Notes under the pieces: model-generated
Told to the model about the DNA's origin: nothing
The model's input: the letters and a program-made list of their open reading frames with translations, nothing else
Databases searched by the model: none
Assembly: GCA_964016885.1 (NCBI GenBank)
Contig: OZ024740.1
Location: 228,284,001-228,348,000 of the forward strand
Direction of reading: 5' to 3'
DNA: 64,000 nt
Origin: Eledone cirrhosa
Lineage: Eukaryota
In this document: positions 52,101 through 61,100 of the stretch, piece after piece
Numbering within the stretch: the stretch's first letter is position 1
Layout: each line of letters starts with the position of its first letter
Made by a program: the position numbers and the translations under genes

Positions 52101-55100
52101 TGGCGTTAGTGTTGTTGTTGTTGTTGGAGTTAGTGTTGTTGTTGTTGGAGTTAGTGTTGTTGTTGTTGGAGTTAGTGTCGTTGTTGTTGTTGGAGTTAGT
52201 GTTGTTGTTGTTGGAGTTAGTGTGGCTGTTGTTGTTGGAGTTAGTGTTGTTGTTGTTGTTGGAGTTAGTGTTGTTGTTGTTGGAGATAGTGTTGTTGTTG
52301 TTGTTGTTGGAGTTAGTGTTGTTGTTGTTGTTGGAGTTAGTGTTGTTGTTGTTGGAGTTAGTGTTGTTGTTGTTGTTGGAGTTAGTGTTGTTGTTGTTGG
52401 AGTTAGTGTTGTTGTTGTTGGAGTTAGTATTGTTGTTGTTGGAGTTAGTGTTGTTGTTGTTGTTGGAGTTAGTGTTGTTGTTGTTGGAGTTAGTGTTGTT
52501 GTTGTTGGAGTTAGTGTTGTTGTTGTTGTTGGAGTTAGTGTTGTTGTTGTTGGAGTTAGTGTTGTTGTTGTTGGAGTTAGTGTTGTTGTTGTTGTTGGAG
52601 TTAGTGTTGTTGTTGTTGGAGTTAGTGTTGTTGTTGTTGTTGGAGTTAGTGTTGTTGTTTTTGTTGGAGTTAGTGTTGTTGTTGAAGTTGGCGTTAGTGT
52701 TGTTGTTGTTGGAGTTAGTGTTGTTGTTGTTGGAGTTAGTGTTGTTGTTGTTGGAGTTAGTGTTGTTGTTGTTGGAGTTAGTGTTGTTGTTGTTGGAGTT
52801 AGTGTTGTTGTTGTTGGAGTTAGTGTTGTTGTTGTTGGAGTTAGTGTTGTTGTTGTTGTTGTTGGAGTTAGTGTTGTTGTTGTTGGAGTTAGTGTTGTTG
52901 TTTTTGGAGTTAGTGTTGTTGTTGTTGTTGGAGTTAGTGTTGTTGTTGTTGGAGTTAGTGTTGTTGTTGTTGTTGTTGGAGTTAGTGTTGTTGTTGTTGG
53001 AGTTAGTGTTGTTGTTGTTGTTGGAGTTAGTGTTGTTGTTGTTGAAGTTAGTGTTGTTGTTGTTGAAGTTAGTGTTGTTGTTGTTGGAGTTAGTGTTGGT
53101 GTTGTTGTTGGAGTTAGTGTTGTTGTTGTTGAAGTCAGTGTTGTTGGTGTTGGAGTTAGTGTTGTTGTTGTTGAAGTTAGTGTTGTTGTTGTTGGAGTTA
53201 GTGTTGTTGTTGTTGGAGTTAGTGTTGTTGTTGTTGTTGGAGTTAGTGCTGCTGTTGTTGGAGATAGTGTTGTTGTTGTTGGAGTTAGTGTTGTTGTTGT
53301 TGTTGGAGTTAGTGTTGTTGGTGTTATTGGAGTTAGTGTTGTTGTTGTTGGAGTTAGTGTTGTTGTTGTTGGAGTTAGTGTTGTTGTTGTTGGAGTTAGT
53401 GTTGTTGTTGTTGTTGGAGTTAGTGTTGTTGTTGTTGGAGTTAGTGTTGTTATTGTTGGAGTTAGTGTTGTTGTTGCTGGAGTTAGTGTTGTTGTTGTTG
53501 GAGTTAGTGTTGTTGTTGTTGTTGGAGTTAGTGTTGTTGTTGTTGGAGTTAGTTTTGCTGTTGTTGGAGTTAGTGTTGTTGTTGTTGGAGTTAGTGTTTT
53601 TTGTTGGAGTTAGTGTTGTTGTTGTTGGAGTTAGTGTTGTTGTTGCTGGAGTTAGTGTTGTTGTTGTTGGAGTTAGATTTTTTGTTGGAGTTAGTGTTGT
53701 TGTTGTTGGAGTTAGTGTTGTTGTTGTTGGAGTTAGTGTTTTTTGTTGGAGTTAGTGTTGTTGTTGTTGGAGTTAGTGTTGTTGTTGTTGTTGGAGTTAG
53801 TGTTGTTGTTGTTGTTGGAGTTAGTTTTGCTGTTGTTGGAGTTAGTGTTGTTGTTGTTGGAGTTAGTGTTTTTTGTTGGAGTTAGTGTTGTTGTTGTTGG
53901 AGTTAGTGTTGCTGTTGTTGGAGTTAGTGTTGTTGTTGTTGGAGTTAGTGTTGTTGTTGTTGGAGTTAGTGTTGTTGGTGTTATTGGAGTTAGTGTTGTT
54001 GTTGTTGGAGTTAGTGTTGTTGTTGTTGGAGTTAGTGTTGTTGTTGTAGTTGGAGTTAGTGTTTTTGTTGTTGGAGTTAGTGTTGTTGTTGTTGTTGGAG
54101 TTAGTGTTTTTTGTTGGAGTTAGTGTTGTTGTTGTTGGGGTTAGTGTTGTTGTTGCTGGAGTTAGTGTTGTTGTTGTTGGAGTTAGTGTTGTTGTTGTTG
54201 GAGTTAGTGTTGTTGTTTTTGGAGTTAGTGTTGTTGTTGTTGTTGGAGTTAGTGTTGTTGTTGTTGGAGTTAGTGTTGTTGTTGTTGGAGTTAGTGTTGT
54301 TGTTGTTGGAGTTAGTGTTGTTGTTGTTGGAGTTAGTGTTGTTGTTGTTGGAGTTAGTGTTGTTGTTGTTGTTGGAGTTAGTGTTGTTGTTGTTGGAGTT
54401 AGTGTTGTTGTTGTTGTTGGAGTTAGTGTTGTTGTTGTTGGAATTAGTGTTGTTGTTGTTGGAGTTAGTGTTGTTGTTGCTGTTGGAGTTAGTGTTGTTG
54501 TTGCTGGAGTTAGTGTTGTTGTTGTTGGAGTTAGTGTTGTTGTTGTTGGAGTTAGTGTTGTTGTTGTTGGAGTTAGTGTTGTTGTTGTTGGAGTTAGTGT
54601 TGTTGTTGTTGGAGTTTGTGTTGTAGATGTTGTTGGAGTTAGTGTTTTTTGTTGGAGTTAGTGTTGTTGTTTTTGGAGTTAGTGTTGTTGTTGTTGGAGT
54701 TAGTGTTGTTGTTGTTGGAGTTAGTGTTGTTGTTGTTTTTGGAGTTAGTGTTGTTGTTGTTGTTGGAGTTAGTGTTGGTGTTGTTGTTGGAGTTAGTGTT
54801 GGTGTTGTTGCTGGAGTTAGTGTTGTTGTTGTTGGAGTTAGTGTTGTTGTTGTTGGAGTTAGTGTTGTTGTTGTTGGAGTTAGTGTTGTTGTTGTTGTTG
54901 GAGTTAGTGTTGTTGTTGTTGGAGTTAGTGTTGTTGTTATTGTTGGAGTTAGTGTTGTTGTTGTTGTTGGAGTTAGTGTTGTTGTTGTTGGAGTTAGTGT
55001 TGTTGTTGTTGTTGGAGTTAATGTTGGTGTTGTTGTTGGAGTTAGTGTTGGTGTTGTTGCTGGAGTTAGTGTTGTTGTTGTTGGAGTTAGTGTTGTTGTT

Positions 55101-58100
55101 GTTGTTGGAGTTAGTGTTGTTGTTGTTGGAGTTAGTGTTGTTGTTGTTGGAGTTAGTGTTGTTGTTGTCGTTGGAGTTAGTGTTGTTGTTGTTGGAGTTA
55201 GTGTTGTTGTTGTTGTTGGAGTTAGTGTTGTTGTTGTTGTTGGAGTTAGTGTTGTTGTTGTTGGAGATAGTGTTGTTGTTGTTGTTGTTGGAGTTAGTGT
55301 TGTTGTTGTTGTTGGAGTTAGTGTTGTTGTTGTTGGAGTTAGTGTTGTTGTTGTTGTTGGATTTAGTGTTGTTGTTGTTGGAGTTAGTGTTGTTGTTGTT
55401 GGAGTTAGTGTTGTTGTTGTTGGAGTTAGTGTTGTTGTTGCTGTTGGAGTTAGTGTTGTTGTTGCTGGAGTTAGTGTTGTTGTTGTTGGAGTTAGTGTTG
55501 TTGTTGTTGGAGTAAGTGTTGTTGTTGTTGGAGTTAGTGTTGTTGTTGTTGGAGTTAGTGTTGTTATTGTTGGAGTTAGTGTTGTTGTTGTTGTTGGAGT
55601 TAGTGTTGTTGTTGTTGGAGTTAGTGTTGTTGTTGTTGGAGTTAGTGTTGTTGTTGTTGGAGTTAGTTTTGTTGTTGCTGGAGTTAGTGTTGTTGTTGTT
55701 GGAGTTAGTGTTGTTGTTGTTGTTGGAGTTAGTGTTGTTGTTGTTGGAGTTAGTGTTGTTGTTGTTGGAGTTAGTGTTGTTGTTGTTGTTGGAGTTAGTG
55801 TTGTTGTTGTTGGAGTTAGTGTTGTTGTTGTTGGAGTTAGTGTTGTTGTTGTTGTTGGAGTTAGTGATGTTGTTGTTGGAGTTAGTGTTGTTGTTGTTGG
55901 AGTTAGTGTTGTTGTTGTTGGAGTTAGTGTTGTTGTTGCTGGAGTTAGTGTTGTTGTTGTTGGAGTTAGTGTTGTTGTTGTTGTTGGAGTTAGTGTTGTT
56001 GTTGTTGGAGTTAGTGTTGTTGTTGTTGGAGTTAGTGTTGTTGTTGTTGGAGTTAGTGTTGTCGTTGCTGTTGGAGTTAGTGTTGTTGTTGCTGGAGTTA
56101 GTGTTGTTGTTGTTGGAGTTAGTGTTGTTGTTGTTGTTGGAGTTAGTGTTGTTGTTGTTGGAGTTAGTGTTGTTGTTGTTGGAGTTAGTGTTGTTGTTGT
56201 TATTGGAGTTAGTGTTGTTGTTGTTGGAGTTAGTGTTGTTGTTGTTGTTGGAGTTAGTGTTGTTGTTGTTGGAGTTAGTGTTGTTGTTGTTGTAGTTAGT
56301 GTTGTTGTTGTTGGAGTTAGTGTTGTTGTTGCTGGAGTTAGTGTTGTTGTTGTTGGAGTTAGTGTTGTTGTTGTTGTTGGAGTTAGTGTTGTTGTTGTTG
56401 GAGTTAGTGTTGTTGTTGTTGGAGTTAGTGTTGTTGTTGTTGGAGTTAGTGTTGTTGTTGCTGTTGGAGTTAGTGTTGTTGTTGCTGGAGTTAGTGTTGT
56501 TGTTGTTGGAATTAGTGTTGTTGTTGTTGGAGTTAGTGTTGTTGTTGTTGGAGTTAGTGTTGTTGTTGTTGGAGTTAGTGTTGTTGTTGTTGGAGTTAGT
56601 GTTGTTGTTGTTGTTGGAGTTAGTGTTGTTGTTGTTGGAGTTAGTGTTGTTGTTGTTGTTGGAGTTAGTGTTGTTGTTGTTGGAATTAGTGTTGTTGTTG
56701 TTGGAGTTAGTGTTGTTGTTGCTGTTGGAGTTAGTGTTGTTGTTGCTGGAGTTAGTGTTGTTGTTGTTGGAGTTAGTGTTGTTGTTGTTGGAGTTAGTGT
56801 TGTTGTTGTTGGAGTTAGTGTTGTTGTTGTTGGAGTTAGTGTTGTTGTTGTTGTTGGAGTAAGTGTTGTTGTTGTTGTTGGAGTTAGTGTTGTTGTTGTT
56901 GGAGTTAGTGTTGTTGTTGTTGGAGTTAGTGTTGTTGTTGTTGGAGTTAGTGTTGTTGTTGTTGGAGTTAGTGTTGTTGTTGTTGGAGTTAGTGTTGTTG
57001 TTGCAGTTGGAGTCAGTGTTGTTGTTGCTGGAGTTAGTGTTGTTGTTTTTGGAGTTAGTGTTGTTGTTGTTGGAGTTAGTGTTGTTGTTGTTGGAGTTAG
57101 TGTTGTTGTTGTTGTTGGAGTTAGTGTTGTTGTTGTTGGAGTTAGTGTTGTTGTTGTTGGAGTTAGTGTTGTTGTTGTTGGAGTTAGTGTTGTTGTTGCT
57201 GGAGTTAGTGTTGTTGTTCTTGAAGTTAGTGTACTTGCTGTTGGAGGTAGTGTTGTTGTTGCTGGAGTTAGTGATGTTGTTGTTGTTGGAGTTAGTGTTG
57301 TTGTTGGAGTTAGTGTTGTTGTTGTTGTTGTTAGTGTTGTTGTTGTTGGAGTTAGTGTTGTTGTTGCTGGAGTTAGTGTTGTTGTTGTTGGAGTTAGTGT
57401 TGTTGTTGTTGTTGGAGTTAGTGTTGTTGTTGTTGGAGTTAGTGTTGTTGTTGTTGGAGTTAGTGTTGTTGTTGTTGGAGTTAGTGTTGTTGTTGCTGTT
57501 GGAGTTAGTGTTGTTGTTGCTGGAGTTAGTGTTGTTGTTGGAATTAGTGTTGTTGTTGTTGGAGTTAGTGTTGTTGTTGTTGGAGTTAGTGTTGTTGTTG
57601 TTGGAGTTAGTGTTGTTGTTGTTGGAGTTAGTGTTGTTGTTGTTGTTGGAGTTAGTGTTGTTGTTGTTGGAGTTAGTGTTGTTGTTGTTGTTGGAGTTAG
57701 TGTTGTTGTTGTTGGAATTAGTGTTGTTGTTGTTGGAGTTAGTGTTGTTGTTGCTGTTGGAGTTAGTGTTGTTGTTGCTGGAGTTAGTGTTGTTGTTGTT
57801 GGAGTTAGTGTTGTTGTTGTTGGAGTTAGTGTTGTTGTTGTTGGAGTTAGTGTTGTTGTTGTTGGAGTTAGTGTTGTTGTTGTTGTTGGAGTTAGTGTTG
57901 TTGTTGTTGTTGGAGTTAGTGTTGTTGTTGTTGGAGTTAGTGTTGTTGTTGTTGGAGTTAGTGTTGTTGTTGTTGGAGTTAGTGTTGTTGTTGCTGTTGG
58001 AGTTAGTGTTGTTGTTGCTGGACTTAGTGTTGTTGTTGTTGGAGTTAGTGTTTTTGTTTTTGGAGTTAGTGTTGTTGTTGTTGGAGTTAGTGTTGTTGTT

Positions 58101-61100
58101 GTTGGAGTTAGTGTTGTTGTTGTTGGAGTTAGTGTTGTTGTTGTTGTTGGAGTTAGTGTTGTTGTTGTTGGAGTTAGTGTTGTTGTTGTTGGAGTTAGTG
58201 TTGTTGTTGTTGGAGTTAGTGTTGTTGTTGTTGGAGTTAGTGTTGCTGTTGCTGGAGTTAGTGTTGTTGTTGTTGGAGTTAGTGTTGTTGTTGTTGTTGG
58301 AGTTAGTGTTGTTGTTGTTGGAGTTAGTGTTGTTGCTGTTGGAGTTAGTGTTGTTGTTGTTGGAGTTAGTGTTGTTGTTGCTGTTGGAGTTAGTGTTGTT
58401 GTTGCTGGAGTCAGTGTTGTTGTTGTTGGAGTTAGTGTTGTTGTTGTTGGAGTTAGTGTTGTTGTTGCTGGAGTTAGTGTTGTTGTTGTTGGAGTTAGTG
58501 TTGTTGTTGTTGGAGTTAGTGTTGTTGTTGCTGGAGTTAGTCTTGTTGTTGTTGGAGTTAGTGTTGTTGTTGTTGGAGTTAGTCTTGTTGTTGTTGGAGT
58601 TAGTGTTGTTGTTGTTGGAGTTAGTGTTGTTGTTGTTGGAGTTAGTGTTGTTGTTGTTGGAGTTAGTGTTGTTGTTGTTGTTGGAGTTAGTGTTGTTGTT
58701 GTTGGAGTTAGTGTTGTTGTTGTTGTTAGAGTTAGTGTTGTTGTTGTTGAAGTTAGTGTACTTGCTGTCGGAGGTAGTGTTGTTGTTGTTGGAGTTAGTG
58801 TTGTTGTTGTTGTTAGAGTTAGTGTTGTTGTTGTTGAAGTTAGTGTTGTTGTTGTTGGAGTTAGTGTTGTTGTTGTTGGAGTTAGTGTTGTTGTTGTTGG
58901 AGTTAGTGTTGTTGTTGTTGGAGTTAGTGTTGTTGTTGTTGGAGTTAGTGTTGTTGTTGTTGAAGTTAGTGTACTTGCTGTTGGAGGTAGTGTTGTTGTT
59001 GTTGGAGTTAGTGTTGTTGTTGCTGTTGGAGTTAGTGTTGTTGTTGCTGGAGTTAGTGTTGTTGTTGTTGGAGTCAGTGTTGTTGTTGGAGTTAGTGTTG
59101 TTGTTGCTGGAGTTAGTGTTGTTGTTGTTGTTGGAGTTAGTGTTGTTGTTGCTGGAGTTAGTGTTGTTGTTGTTGGAGTTAGTGTTGTTGTTGTTGTTGG
59201 AGTTATTGTTGTTGTTGTTGGAGTTAGTGTTGTTGTTGTTGGAGTTAGTGTTGTTGTTGTTGAAGTTAGTGTACTTGCTGTTGGAGGTAGTGTTGTTGTT
59301 GTTGGAGTTAGTGTTGTTGTTGTTGTTGGAGTTAGTGTTGTTGTTGTTGGAGTTAGTGTTGTTGTTGTTGGAGTTAGTGTTGTTGTTGTTGGAGTTAGTG
59401 TTGTTGTTGTTGGAGTTAGTGTTGTTGTTGTTGGAGTTAGTGTTGTTGTTGCAGTTGGAGTCAGTGTTGTTGTTGCTGGAGTTAGTGTTGTTGTTGTTGG
59501 AGTTAGTGTTGTTGTTTTTGGAGTTAGTGTTGTTGTTGTTGGAGTTAGTGTTGTTGTTGTTGGAGTTAGTGTTGTTGTTGTTGTTGGAGTTAGTGTTGTT
59601 GTTGTTGGAGTTAGTGTTGTTGTTGTTGGAGTTAGTGTTGTTGTTGTTGGAGTTAGTGTTGTTGTTGCTGGAGTTAGTGTTGTTGTTCTTGAAGTTAGTG
59701 TACTTGCTGTTGGAGGTAGTGTTGTTGTTGCTGGAGTTAGTGATGTTGTTGTTGTTGGAGTTAGTGTTGTTGTTGGAGTTAGTGTTGTTGTTGTTGTTGT
59801 TAGTGTTGTTGTTGTTGGAGTTAGTGTTGTTGTTGCTGGAGTTAGTGTTGTTGTTGTTGGAGTTAGTGTTGTTGTTGTTGTTGGAGTTAGTGTTGTTGTT
59901 GTTGGAGTTAGTGTTGTTGTTGTTGGAGTTAGTGTTGTTGTTGTTGGAGTTAGTGTTGTTGTTGCTGTTGGAGTTAGTGTTGTTGTTGCTGGAGTTAGTG
60001 TTGTTGTTGGAATTAGTGTTGTTGTTGTTGGAGTTAGTGTTGTTGTTGTTGGAGTTAGTGTTGTTGTTGTTGGAGTTAGTGTTGTTGTTGTTGGAGTTAG
60101 TGTTGTTGTTGTTGTTGGAGTTAGTGTTGTTGTTGTTGGAGTTAGTGTTGTTGTTGTTGTTGGAGTTAGTGTTGTTGTTGTTGGAATTAGTGTTGTTGTT
60201 GTTGGAGTTAGTGTTGTTGTTGCTGTTGGAGTTAGTGTTGTTGTTGCTGGAGTTAGTGTTGTTGTTGTTGGAGTTAGTGTTGTTGTTGTTGGAGTTAGTG
60301 TTGTTGTTGTTGGAGTTAGTGTTGTTGTTGTTGGAGTTAGTGTTGTTGTTGTTGTTGGAGTTAGTGTTGTTGTTGTTGTTGGAGTTAGTGTTGTTGTTGT
60401 TGGAGTTAGTGTTGTTGTTGTTGGAGTTAGTGTTGTTGTTGTTGGAGTTAGTGTTGTTGTTGCTGTTGGAGTTAGTGTTGTTGTTGCTGGACTTAGTGTT
60501 GTTGTTGTTGGAGTTAGTGTTTTTGTTTTTGGAGTTAGTGTTGTTGTTGTTGGAGTTAGTGTTGTTGTTGTTGGAGTTAGTGTTGTTGTTGTTGGAGTTA
60601 GTGTTGTTGTTGTTGTTGGAGTTAGTGTTGTTGTTGTTGGAGTTAGTGTTGTTGTTGTTGGAGTTAGTGTTGTTGTTGTTGGAGTTAGTGTTGCTGTTGC
60701 TGGAGTTAGTGTTGTTGTTGTTGGAGTTAGTGTTGTTGTTGTTGTTGGAGTTAGTGTTGTTGTTGTTGGAGTTAGTGTTGTTGCTGTTGGAGTTAGTGTT
60801 GTTGTTGTTGGAGTTAGTGTTGTTGTTGCTGTTGGAGTTAGTGTTGTTGTTGCTGGAGTCAGTGTTGTTGTTGTTGGAGTTAGTGTTGTTGTTGTTGGAG
60901 TTAGTGTTGTTGTTGCTGGAGTTAGTGTTGTTGTTGTTGGAGTTAGTGTTGTTGTTGTTGGAGTTAGTGTTGTTGTTGCTGGAGTTAGTCTTGTTGTTGT
61001 TGGAGTTAGTGTTGTTGTTGTTGGAGTTAGTCTTGTTGTTGTTGGAGTTAGTGTTGTTGTTGTTGGAGTTAGTGTTGTTGTTGTTGGAGTTAGTGTTGTT

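Noticed and set aside
54640-54655. Programmed -1 frameshifting at the in-frame A AAA AAC heptamer on the minus strand
   Set aside because: A -1 slip leads straight to CAC TAA; restoring the Thr frame needs +1, and no stimulatory structure is apparent.
40752-56862. Plus-strand poly-Val (VVVVGVS) and poly-Leu (LLLLELV) ORFs
   Set aside because: Implausibly hydrophobic antisense readings of the GTT array.
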